From NCBI GenBank assembly GCA_963796055.1, contig CAWCKH010000004.1:2208001-2272000 (forward strand): 64,000 nucleotides of DNA. Direction: 5' to 3'. The stretch comes from an uncultured delta proteobacterium (GTDB taxonomy: Bacteria; Myxococcota; Myxococcia; Myxococcales; Myxococcaceae). The notes beneath the pieces were generated by a model. That model was not told the origin of the DNA. It ran no database searches and worked only from the letters and a program-made list of their open reading frames with translations. Position 1 is the first letter of the stretch. The number at the start of each line of letters is the position of its first letter. The translations under genes and the position numbers were made by a program. Positions 43,024 through 52,177 of the stretch are shown in pieces.

Positions 43024-46000
43024 GGCCGGAGGGTGGGCTCGCCCTGGGCCCTGGCCAGAGCCTGCGCCACCGCGGCCGGACGGCGGCGGATGATGAGCAC
43101 CTTGCGCGAGGCGAAGTCCTGCGTCTGCCGCGCGACCACCATCACGCTGTTCGCGCCCTCCTTGAGCGGGAAGTCGGCGCTGAACTTCAGCTTGGTGGGC
43201 TCGTTCTTCGGGCTGTCGGAGGTGCGGAAGAACACCTTCTGGTCGTTGACCAGGACGTACATGTCCAGGAGCCCCCTGGGCTCGGACACCGTGCCGGAGA
43301 GGGTGAAGCGATCCGACGGAGCGACCACGCCGCCCTGGCTCTGATCGACCTGTAGCGCGATCTGCGGCGGCTCCCGGTACGGCACCGCCGTCAGCTCGGG
43401 CGCGGCGGCCTTCGCGTTGCGCGCCTCGTGCGCGTCGGAGGCGCGGAGGAAGCCGAAGCGGCCCTTCTCGGTCTCGACCTTGGTCAGCCCGTTCACCCGG
43501 GCGAGCACCGGGAGCACGCCGGCCTTCTTCACCCTGGCCACCACCGGCGCGCGGTCGTCGGGCCCGGCGAGCACCGGCGCGCCGGTCTCGACCCGGACGG
43601 CGCCCTTGCGGGCCTCGAGGGTGAACGGCTTGTCGGCCAGCGGCAGGTTCAGCCGCTCGGTGGAGAACTCCTCCAGCGGTTCGTCGATGATCGCCAGCTT
43701 CAAGGGGAAGCTGTCGCCCACGTAGCCCTTCTTCACCTCGAGCTGGAAGCGGGCGGTCTTGGTCTCGCCGGGGGCGATCTCCCCGAGGTGGAACCGGCCC
43801 TTCTCGATGAAGACGTTCTGGTCGGCGGCGTTCTTGATCGAGCCCACCGCATCCAGCGCCTTCCCGGTGCCCTGGTTGGTGACGTCCACCAGCAGGGTGA
43901 CGCTCTCGCCGCGCTGGGCGACCCCGTCTCCGTTGCACTGGGCGCAGTCGTCCACCACCTGCCAGTTGAGCGCGAAGGCCGGGCGGGGCAGCTCGCCGAA
44001 ATTCACCTCGGCCACCAGCTGCTGCGGCAGCGCGCCCTGGTCGTCGAAGAACTTCAACGTCACGTCGTCGCGACGGCTGTACATGTCTTTCGGCACCTTC
44101 ACCGGCGCCTTCCAGGTGCGCTTCTCGCCGGGCTTCAGGGTGCCGAAGACGAACTCGCGGCGGTCGAGGAGCGGGTCCTCGCTCTCGCTCCAGGCGCGGA
44201 TCCGCGACAGCGGCTCGGTGCCCCGGTTCTCGACCGTGACCTCGAGGTCGAAGCTCTCACCCGGCGCGAGCCGCTTCTCCGGTCCGGGGCGGAGGGTGGC
44301 CACCAGCTGCGGCGCCTTGGGGGTGGGTCCGGGCGTCCAGTCGATGCCCAGTGCCGCGATGGCGGTGTTGATCCGCTCCGCTTCCTGAAGCCCCCGGTCG
44401 TTCAGGTACGACTTGCCGGACTGGAGCATCCGGTCGCGCTGGACGTACGGCTCCTTGAGCACGAAGTCGCGCGCGAAGAGGACCTCGAAGTCCTCCTTCA
44501 CCTCGTCCTGCGCCTCGGCATCGAGCTGGTCGTAGAGGTCCTCGTCCAGCTTGTTGGGGTCGGTGTCTGCCGGGTGAGCGGCGTCCTTCCCCTTGCCGGC
44601 GGGCTTCACCAGCTTGTCCGAGGGCTTGTCCGACTTGGAGAGCTTGGGGTCCTTGCCTTCCTCCGCCTTCTGCTGGCGGGCCGCGGCGTCCTTCTGCTTC
44701 GCGTCCTCCTTCAGGTACTTGATGCTGACGAAGGGCTTCTCCTTGCCGAGGACCTCCTCGCGCTTGGTGGCGGCGGGATTGTTGGCGGAGTTGCCGAAGT
44801 GGTGTTCGAGGTCCGCCTCACCCAGGGTCTTGCGGGGGGCGAAGACGTTCACCCGGTCCGCCGTGACGCGGGTGGGGACGAGCTCGATGTCCGGCTCGAT
44901 GCCCACCTCCTGGATGCTCACGTCTCCGGGGGTGAGGTACTTGGCGATGGTCAGCTTGAGCGCGCTCTCGTCGTTGGGGTTCCCGCTCGGGGAGCCGAAC
45001 TCGTAGAGCACCTGCACCGAGCCCTTGCCGAACGTCTGCTGGCCGATGATCACCGCGCGGTTCAGGTTCTTCAGCGCGCCGGCCACGATCTCCGAGGCCG
45101 AGGCGCTGCCTGGATTCACCAGCACCGCCAGGGGGTACTTGTTGTCGCCGTCGTCGGCGTGGGCGCGCTTCTCCTCGCGCTGCCGCTCGCTCAGCGAGAC
45201 GGTGGTGACGATGGTGCCCTGGCTGAGGAAGAGGTCCGAGACCTGGATCGCCTGCTCCAGGAGGCCACCGGGGTTGCCGCGCAGGTCGAGCACCAGGCCC
45301 TTCAGGCCGCCGCTCGCCTCGGCGTCGCTCTGCAGCTTGCCCAGGGCGGTCTGCATGTCCCGGGTGGTGTTGCCCTGGAAGTTCTTGAGCCGGATGTAGC
45401 CCACGTTGCCGGCGAGCAGCTTGGACTGCACCGACTCGATGGAGATGGTGGCCCGGGCGAGGGTGAGCACCATCGGCTTGTCCTGGCCCTTGCGCTCGAC
45501 GGTGATGGTGACCCGGCTGTCCACGGGGCCGCGCAGCTTGGACACGGCCTCGTTGAGGTCCATGTTGACCGTGGACTCCTCGCCGATCTTCTTGATCTGG
45601 TCGTCCTTCTTGATGCCCGCCCGCGCGGCCGGCGTCTTGGGGAGCACCCGTACCACGGTGAGGTTGCTCTCCTTCATCTGGATGACGAAGCCCAGGCCCC
45701 CGAACTCACCCTTGGTGGTGAGGCGCATCTCCCGGTAGTACTCGGGCTTGAGCAGCACCGAGTGCGGGTCGAGCGTGGAGAGCATCCCGTTCACCGCGGC
45801 GTACTCGACGTCCCGGGTGTCCTCGCTGGGGCGCAGGTTGCTGCCGATGAAGTCGAAGACGTCCTTCATCTGGAAGGACATCTTCCACAGCGAGTCGACG
45901 TGGCTGATGTCGAAATCGCGGGTCTTGCCGTTCACGTTGACCTGGAGCTTCTGGCGCTCCTTGTCCGCCTCCACCATCACGTCCGGGACGGTGCGCTCCA

Positions 46001-46286
46001 CCTGCTCCAGCGAGGCCACCATCATCTCGCGGGGGTTGATCCGCTTGGGGTCGACGTACGCGTCCTTCACGTAGATGACGACCTTGTTGAAGATCTTGAG
46101 CGCCGACAGGTCGTGCGGCGGACGATCTCCGTTGCGGACGACGTCGGAGGAGCCCTCGCCGCGAGCGGCGGGACCGGCGACGGCCTCGCCGACGGTGAAG
46201 GGGAGCGGCGCGTGGTCACGCGCGAGGAGAGCCCAGGCCCCGAGGAGAGCGAGGACCAGGAGCGAACGGCGCATCAAGCGGGGCAT
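43020..46286 (-). CDS. Large S41 (carboxy-terminal processing) protease with PDZ domain and long C-terminal extension
   Basis: LDPHS, GEFGGLG, LDLRGNPGGLL, SASASEIVAGALK and TFGKGSVQ. Confidence 0.93.
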   Translation of the reverse strand: MPRLMRRSLLVLALLGAWALLARDHAPLPFTVGEAVAGPAARGEGSSDVVRNGDRPPHDLSALKIFNKVVIYVKDAYVDPKRINPREMMVASLEQVERTVPDVMVEADKERQKLQVNVNGKTRDFDISHVDSLWKMSFQMKDVFDFIGSNLRPSEDTRDVEYAAVNGMLSTLDPHSVLLKPEYYREMRLTTKGEFGGLGFVIQMKESNLTVVRVLPKTPAARAGIKKDDQIKKIGEESTVNMDLNEAVSKLRGPVDSRVTITVERKGQDKPMVLTLARATISIESVQSKLLAGNVGYIRLKNFQGNTTRDMQTALGKLQSDAEASGGLKGLVLDLRGNPGGLLEQAIQVSDLFLSQGTIVTTVSLSERQREEKRAHADDGDNKYPLAVLVNPGSASASEIVAGALKNLNRAVIIGQQTFGKGSVQVLYEFGSPSGNPNDESALKLTIAKYLTPGDVSIQEVGIEPDIELVPTRVTADRVNVFAPRKTLGEADLEHHFGNSANNPAATKREEVLGKEKPFVSIKYLKEDAKQKDAAARQQKAEEGKDPKLSKSDKPSDKLVKPAGKGKDAAHPADTDPNKLDEDLYDQLDAEAQDEVKEDFEVLFARDFVLKEPYVQRDRMLQSGKSYLNDRGLQEAERINTAIAALGIDWTPGPTPKAPQLVATLRPGPEKRLAPGESFDLEVTVENRGTEPLSRIRAWSESEDPLLDRREFVFGTLKPGEKRTWKAPVKVPKDMYSRRDDVTLKFFDDQGALPQQLVAEVNFGELPRPAFALNWQVVDDCAQCNGDGVAQRGESVTLLVDVTNQGTGKALDAVGSIKNAADQNVFIEKGRFHLGEIAPGETKTARFQLEVKKGYVGDSFPLKLAIIDEPLEEFSTERLNLPLADKPFTLEARKGAVRVETGAPVLAGPDDRAPVVARVKKAGVLPVLARVNGLTKVETEKGRFGFLRASDAHEARNAKAAAPELTAVPYREPPQIALQVDQSQGGVVAPSDRFTLSGTVSEPRGLLDMYVLVNDQKVFFRTSDSPKNEPTKLKFSADFPLKEGANSVMVVARQTQDFASRKVLIIRRRPAAVAQALARAQGEPTLRP

Positions 46287-46323
46287 GGGGAAGATTCGAC
46301 TCTAACCACCGGGTATGGGGCCT

Positions 46324-47094
46324 TCAAGACAGGGTTCCTGCCGAAACCAGCGAACGGTGGAGGAGAGTCCCGGCGACGACGGCCACGGGCAGCAGGAACA
46401 GGTTCAGGAGCGGCACCCACAGGAGCACGGTGATTGACAGCCCGAAGCCCAGGGCGAGCGCGGTGCGCCGCGCAAGCACCCGCCGCACCTCGACAAAGGC
46501 TCCGCCGCGGCGGGCCACTGGTGGGTCGAGGTACTCGGCGCAGGCGAACAGCGCGGTCCAGCCCACCCCGGCCACCGCCCAGAGCGGCGCCGCTGCGGGC
46601 AAGGTGAGCTGGAGCACGAGCAGCAGCGCCTGGCCGAGGAGGAGGAGCATGACCCGCATCGCGGTGCGAGCCACGGCGGAGACTGCCTGACCCAGGGTGC
46701 CGGCGAGGCCAGCCGGGGGGGCGGGCGGTGCGCCCACTGCCGACTCGGTGGCTGCCACCAGGGTGTCCTCGAGTGGCGCCAGCGCGAGCAGGGGGAGGGT
46801 CAGCGCGCCGACGAGCCACCCCACTGCACCCGCGACGACGAGCGTGAGCTGCCACAGCCAGCCCACCGGTCCGCCCGGATGCGGCCACACCCGCTCGAGG
46901 AGGCCGGGGAGCCAGACCCAGAGCGCCCAGCCCCAGAGCACGAAGATGAGCAGGGTATAGGCGGCGCAGAGGGCCGCGAGCCGCCGCAACCGCGGGACGC
47001 GCAGCACCAGCTGGGCGGCCCGCAGGGGGAAGGTCGCCCCCCGGAGGAGGTCGAGTGGACCACTCTGGCGCGGCAGGTCGGGCGTGTCTTCCAT
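46324..47094 (-). CDS. EI24/CysZ-like membrane protein
   Basis: TM-rich; EYLDPP..RR and VPLLNLFLLPVAVVAGT. Confidence 0.8.
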   Translation of the reverse strand: MEDTPDLPRQSGPLDLLRGATFPLRAAQLVLRVPRLRRLAALCAAYTLLIFVLWGWALWVWLPGLLERVWPHPGGPVGWLWQLTLVVAGAVGWLVGALTLPLLALAPLEDTLVAATESAVGAPPAPPAGLAGTLGQAVSAVARTAMRVMLLLLGQALLLVLQLTLPAAAPLWAVAGVGWTALFACAEYLDPPVARRGGAFVEVRRVLARRTALALGFGLSITVLLWVPLLNLFLLPVAVVAGTLLHRSLVSAGTLS

Positions 47095-47143
47095 GCGAGG
47101 GGGCGGGCAAGCCCCGCAACCATTGTTATAGACGCGGCCCTGC

Positions 47144-48493
47144 ATGTCGCTCGACCGCGCTCCGACCGAAGACGACGCCGTCACCTCCGTCGACGCGCTC
47201 CTCGACGTCTTCCGCTCGGCCGAGACGCCGCGGTCCGAGCACCGCCTGGGGCTGGAGCACGAGAAGTTCCTCTATCCGGTGGAGGACCCGCCCACGCCGG
47301 TCCCGTACGAGGGCCCCCGGGGCATCGGGGCGCTGCTGAAGCTGCTCGAGGCGCGGGGATACACACCCTTCCGAGACGCACCGGACGCCCCGGCGATTGC
47401 GCTGGTCGAGGACGACCACACGCTGTCGCTCGAGCCGGGCGGACAGTTCGAGCTGTCGGGCTCGCCGGCGCGGACCGCGCGGGCGGTGCACGCCGAGAAC
47501 GTGGCACACGCCCGGATGCTCGCCGAGGCGGCGCAGCAGCTGGGGCTGATGCCGGTGGCGCTCGGGTACCGGCCGTGGGGAACCACCGCCGACATCCCCT
47601 GGATGCCCAAGAAGCGCTACCAGGTGATGCGGCAGACGCTTCCGGCGCGCGGGAAGCTAGCGCTGGACATGATGCTGATGACCTGCACCGGGCAGGTCTC
47701 GCTGGACTGGGCCTCGGAAGCGGACTGCGCGCGGAAGGTGACCGCGACCGCGCGCCTCACCCCGCTGCTGGTCGCGCTGTTCGCAAACAGCCCCCTGGTG
47801 CAAGGAAGGCCCAGCGGGTGGATGAGCTACCGGAGCCACGTGTGGAGCGACGTGGACCCGACGCGCTGCGGGTACTTCCCGCGGATGCTCGACGGCACGT
47901 TCGACTACCGCGCCTACGTGGACTGGGCGCTGAAGGCGCCGCTCCTCTTCCTCCGCCGCAACGGCGGTTACGTCACCCCGGCGATGACCTTCGGCGAGCT
48001 GCTGGAGCGCGGCTACGAGGAACGGCCGGCGCGCCGCTCGGACTGGATCGATCACCTCTCCACGCTCTTCCCCGAGGTGCGCATCAAGCGGGTGATGGAG
48101 GTGCGGGCGGCGGACTCGGTGTCGCTGGAGATGACCGCCGGGCTACCGGCGCTGTGGCGGGGGTTGCTGTACGACGAGGCCTCGCTCGACGCGGCGCTGG
48201 GGCTGGTGCCGCGGCTGTCCTTCGCCGAGCAGCTGGCGTTCCACGAGGAGGCGCAGCGGCGTGGTCTGCGGGGGAAGCTCCGCGGGACGCCGATCGGCGC
48301 GCTGGCCCTGGAGATGTTGCGGCTGGCGGGCTCGGGCCTGCAGCGCCTCGACCCCGAGGACGTGCCGCTGCTCGAGCCGCTCGAGGCCCGTGCCCGGTCG
48401 GGCCGGTCGCCGGCCGAGGACGTGCTGGACGCGGCGAAGGAAGAGACCTCGCCGGCCCGGCTGCTGGCCCGGTTCAGGCTCCTGCCTCAGTAG
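47144..48493 (+). CDS. gshA: Glutamate--cysteine ligase (plant/alphaproteobacterial type)
   Basis: GLEHEKF, SLEPGGQFELSG, WMPKKRY, ALFANSP and HLSTLFPEVR.K..EVR.AD. Confidence 0.93.
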   Translation: MSLDRAPTEDDAVTSVDALLDVFRSAETPRSEHRLGLEHEKFLYPVEDPPTPVPYEGPRGIGALLKLLEARGYTPFRDAPDAPAIALVEDDHTLSLEPGGQFELSGSPARTARAVHAENVAHARMLAEAAQQLGLMPVALGYRPWGTTADIPWMPKKRYQVMRQTLPARGKLALDMMLMTCTGQVSLDWASEADCARKVTATARLTPLLVALFANSPLVQGRPSGWMSYRSHVWSDVDPTRCGYFPRMLDGTFDYRAYVDWALKAPLLFLRRNGGYVTPAMTFGELLERGYEERPARRSDWIDHLSTLFPEVRIKRVMEVRAADSVSLEMTAGLPALWRGLLYDEASLDAALGLVPRLSFAEQLAFHEEAQRRGLRGKLRGTPIGALALEMLRLAGSGLQRLDPEDVPLLEPLEARARSGRSPAEDVLDAAKEETSPARLLARFRLLPQ

Positions 48494-48513
48494 GCGCGTC
48501 TCCCTCGACTCCC

Positions 48514-51500
48514 CTAGCGCCGCCCGAAGAGCCGCTTCAGCCCACCGAGCACGCCGGTCTCCTGCTTCGGCGGTGCCGCGGGCGTCTCGGGTTCCGACGG
48601 CACCCGCTGCGGAGGCGGGGTCTCCGCCTCGGCCGTCGGGGCCGGCATCTGCAGCTCCAGCTGCTGCCGTTTCCCGGCCGGGTTCGTCGCCGCGGCGCGG
48701 AGCACACCGTCGGTGTCGAGTGACAGGTGGAGCGTCCAGTCCCCGGCGCGATCGGCCGGAGCGCGCAGCAGCCCGAGGAAGCTCCGGGGATCCGGGGCGC
48801 GGGCGCTGCCCTGGAAGACCTGTATTTCCAGCGGCGCGCCCAGCCCCAGGGTGAGGGTGAGCGTCTTCTCCGCGGGAAGCCGGGTGTTGCGGTCCAGCAC
48901 CCGGACCTGCCCCAGCTCGGGGGCGATGATCTCCAGCGGCAGCCCGAGCACCTCGTGCAGCGCGGTGCGCGAGGCGCTCTTGGGCCCTGCGGCCATCAGG
49001 AGGTGGGCGAGGGTGGCCGCGCCGGTCGACACCGCCGCGCCCCCGTCGACGTCGGTGCGCGCGGGCCGCCCCATCGCCTCCTCGATCATCCGCCGCACGT
49101 GCGGAAGCCGGGTGGGGGGCCCCACCAGCACCAGCTCGTCGAGCGACTCCGGGGCCAGCGAGGCCGAGCGGAGCACCTCGCGGGCAAGCAGCACCCCGCG
49201 CTCGACCAGTGCCGTGGTCCGGGCCTCCAGCTCGGCGCGGCTCAGCCGGACCCCCTCTGCGCTCGCCTCGGCGACCGAGGCATCCTCGAGCTGCGTTCTC
49301 AGGTGCGCCGCCTCGCCGATGCGCTTGCGGAGCACCCCGGCATCCGCACGCGCGCCCTTGTCCAGGGCGAGCGCGATCTGCTCGTCGAAGTTCACCGACC
49401 CGAGCGAGGCGTCCCCGCCGCAGGCCACCATGTCCAGGTCGTCGCCGGAGGCGGCGAGCACGGCGATGTCGCAGGTGCTCGCGCCCATCCGGAAGACCAG
49501 GATGCGGCGGCGCGCCAGCCCCCGCCCGTGGGCGAAGGCCATCGTGGCCGCGGTGGGTGCCTGCACCAGCCGCACGCCCTCGAAGCCGGCGCGCTCGGCG
49601 GCCTCCCGGAGGCGCTCTCGCTGGAGGGTGTTGAAGGCCACGGGGACGGTGAGCACCACCCGTCCCGGCTGGTGCGAGGTGAGCTCCTCGGCGCGATGAC
49701 GCACCCAGCGGAGCAGGGTGGCGACGAGCTCGGTCGCGCCCACCGTTCCTCCCTCGAGCGCGAAGGCGGACTCGCCACGGTCGTCGGGCACCAGCGCCGC
49801 CGGCCAGCGCCGGGCGACGGTGCGCGAGGCGTCGGAGTCCGCCCGGGTTCCGAGGAACGGCACCGGGGCCCCCACCCAGAGCGGCACGTCGGGCGCCTCG
49901 GGGGGGAGCATCCTCGGCGGCGCGCCGGGCTCGCGCACCAGCCGGACGAGGACCTCGGGACTTCCCCGGGCCTGGTCCAGGAGGAGTGGCTCGGCGCGGC
50001 CGTCGTGGAACCAGGAGACGCGGACCGACTCGGGGTTGATCTCGATCCCGAGCTCGGTGGTGCCGGCTGGCGCCGTGCGCACGGGGGCGGGAGCGGTCGG
50101 GAGCGCCGGAGTCGCCGTGGGCGCAGCCATGGCTCCGCGTGCCTCGAGCGGAGCGACCGCGGCGGATGCCTCCGTCGGTGGCACGAGCGAGAGCGGTGAG
50201 CCCGGCGGGGCGGGCTCGGGCGCCGCGGCGTGCGGAAGTTCGGCGCCGGGCTCGATCCGCACTGCCCCCTCCTCGGGGATGGGGGCCTCGTCCAGCGGGG
50301 GTGGCGGTGGAGGGACCGGCACCTCCTCCGGTCCGGCGGTCTCCATCGACGGGAGGAGCGGGATGGGGGCGGTGGGCCGGTCGTGGATCGACGCGGATTC
50401 TGCCAGCGAGCGGGCGACGTCGTGGAACGACGACTCGGGAACGTGCAGAGGCTCGTCCTCGCGCACCGGCGCATCGAGCTGGAACCGCGGCGGCGGCTCG
50501 GGTGGCGGTTCGTCGAGCTCGGTGACGATCAGCGTCCCCGCCGGCGGGGTGATGGCGGCGTGGACGTCGGCCGAGGCGCGGGTGTGCTCGAGCCCCGCCG
50601 GGCGGCGCGGGCCCGGGCCGGTGAACTCGGTGACGACCAGCTCCGGCACCTCCAGGTCGTCGAGCGGAGGATGGGGCCCGGCGATGCCCGTGCGCGGCGG
50701 CGCCGGAGCGGGGGTGGAGACCGACACGGCTGCGGATGTCTCGGGCGGTGACTCGGCTTCAGCCGTCACCCCATCCTGTGAATCCGCGGTGTCGAACGTC
50801 TCGGCGGCCCTCGCCCGGTCCCTCGCGGCGGACCACGCCTCCAGCGAGGTGTCCTCGAGCGTGCCGGCCCCCTCGTCCGAGCTCGGAGGGGTGGGTGCCT
50901 CGTCAGCGTGGGCCGACAGGCGCGTGGCGGGCTCCATGCTCGGCTCGCCCGGTGGTGCAGGAGGAAGCTCCGCCGGCGCTCCAGAGACGTCCGACCCCGT
51001 CGCCTCTTCTGTCTCCGCCGGGCCCTCGGCGGCCTCGGCCGGGCCCTCGACGGTTTCGGCCGGCATCTCGGCGGCCTCGGCCGGGCCCTCGGCGGCCTCG
51101 GCCGGGCCCTCGGCGGCCTCGGCCGGGCCCTCGGCGGCCTCGGCCGGGCCCTCGGCGGCCTCGGCCGGGCCCTCGGCGGCCTCGGCCGGGACCTCGACGG
51201 TTTCGGCCGGCATCTCGGCGGCCTCGGCCGGGACCTCGGCGGTCTCGGGCGCCGCCTCGACGGTTTCGGCCGGCATCTCGGCGGCCTCGGCCGGGACCTC
51301 GGCGGTCTCGGGCGCCGCCTCGACGGTTTCGGCCGGCATCTCGGCGGCCTCGGCCGGGACCTCGGCGGTCTCGGGCGCCGCCTCGACGGTTTCGGCCGGC
51401 GCCTCGGCGGCCTCGGCCGGGACCTCGGCGGTTTCGGGCGCCGCCTCGACGGTTTCGGCCGGCGCCTCGGCGGCCTCGGCCGGGACCTCGGCGGTCTCGG

Positions 51501-52134
51501 GCGCCGCCTCGACGGTTTCGGCCGGCGCCTCGGCGGCCTCGGCCGGGACCTCGGCGGTCTCGGGCGGGGCCTCGGCGGTCTTGGCCGGCGCCTCGGACAC
51601 CTCCTCCGGCGAGACCTCCTCGGGCTCCTCGGTCCGTGACTCGGGAACGGGGCCGGGGCGGGCTGGCGCGGAGGGCCCCGGGCGCGCCGGTGCGGCGGGC
51701 GGCGCCCAAGCCTCGGGATGGGCCGGCCGGGAAACGGCGTCGCGGGGCGGGGTGACCCGGGCGGCGCTCGGTCCGGCCGGCGCGGCCCAGGCGCTCGGGT
51801 GGGCGTGGGTCTCGGGCGGCGCACTGCCCGTTGCCGCGCGGCCGGAGAGGATGCGCTCCACCAGCGCCTTGCCCGCGGCCTCCAGGCGGACGAAGCGCAA
51901 GGTCATCCCGGGCCGTTCGCCGGAGGCGTTGGACCGGACCACCACACCCTCGCCGCGGAGGAGCGACCGGCCGTCGGCGAGGATCAGGTCGAACAGGAGC
52001 TGGGCGCCCACGGGCTTCGGCGCCTTCGTCGCGAGGAAGAAGCCGTCACGGCCCACGTGGGCGCCGTAGTGGGCGACGAACTCGTCCTCGCTGCGGAAGG
52101 GCAGCCGGACGCGGAGCGGCGTCGGCGCGGACAT
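48514..52134 (-). CDS. TIGR02266 (PilZ-like) domain + acidic low-complexity linker + degenerate Hsp70-like domain
   Basis: N-terminal LRVRLPF.SEDEF..HY...GFFLATK.PKPVG...GMTLRF; C-terminal VLTVPVAFN..QR..LREAA..AG, PTAA.MAF, LVLVGPPTRLP and RNTRLP. Confidence 0.85.
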   Translation of the reverse strand: MSAPTPLRVRLPFRSEDEFVAHYGAHVGRDGFFLATKAPKPVGAQLLFDLILADGRSLLRGEGVVVRSNASGERPGMTLRFVRLEAAGKALVERILSGRAATGSAPPETHAHPSAWAAPAGPSAARVTPPRDAVSRPAHPEAWAPPAAPARPGPSAPARPGPVPESRTEEPEEVSPEEVSEAPAKTAEAPPETAEVPAEAAEAPAETVEAAPETAEVPAEAAEAPAETVEAAPETAEVPAEAAEAPAETVEAAPETAEVPAEAAEMPAETVEAAPETAEVPAEAAEMPAETVEAAPETAEVPAEAAEMPAETVEVPAEAAEGPAEAAEGPAEAAEGPAEAAEGPAEAAEGPAEAAEMPAETVEGPAEAAEGPAETEEATGSDVSGAPAELPPAPPGEPSMEPATRLSAHADEAPTPPSSDEGAGTLEDTSLEAWSAARDRARAAETFDTADSQDGVTAEAESPPETSAAVSVSTPAPAPPRTGIAGPHPPLDDLEVPELVVTEFTGPGPRRPAGLEHTRASADVHAAITPPAGTLIVTELDEPPPEPPPRFQLDAPVREDEPLHVPESSFHDVARSLAESASIHDRPTAPIPLLPSMETAGPEEVPVPPPPPPLDEAPIPEEGAVRIEPGAELPHAAAPEPAPPGSPLSLVPPTEASAAVAPLEARGAMAAPTATPALPTAPAPVRTAPAGTTELGIEINPESVRVSWFHDGRAEPLLLDQARGSPEVLVRLVREPGAPPRMLPPEAPDVPLWVGAPVPFLGTRADSDASRTVARRWPAALVPDDRGESAFALEGGTVGATELVATLLRWVRHRAEELTSHQPGRVVLTVPVAFNTLQRERLREAAERAGFEGVRLVQAPTAATMAFAHGRGLARRRILVFRMGASTCDIAVLAASGDDLDMVACGGDASLGSVNFDEQIALALDKGARADAGVLRKRIGEAAHLRTQLEDASVAEASAEGVRLSRAELEARTTALVERGVLLAREVLRSASLAPESLDELVLVGPPTRLPHVRRMIEEAMGRPARTDVDGGAAVSTGAATLAHLLMAAGPKSASRTALHEVLGLPLEIIAPELGQVRVLDRNTRLPAEKTLTLTLGLGAPLEIQVFQGSARAPDPRSFLGLLRAPADRAGDWTLHLSLDTDGVLRAAATNPAGKRQQLELQMPAPTAEAETPPPQRVPSEPETPAAPPKQETGVLGGLKRLFGRR
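51007..51594 (-). repeat. Coding tandem repeat: 28 x 21 bp (heptad ExPAExx-like) with 63-bp higher-order units
   Basis: EVPAEAA-E(A/M)PAETV-EAAPETA triplets followed by an EGPAEAA run. Confidence 0.95.
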
Positions 52135-52177
52135 GGAAGGGCTCAAAGATGCCCCGAATCCGCGCGCTTCCCAAATC

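Noticed and set aside
51007..51594. Possible CRISPR array
   Set aside because: Contiguous in-frame 21-bp coding repeats with no unique spacers and no cas genes.
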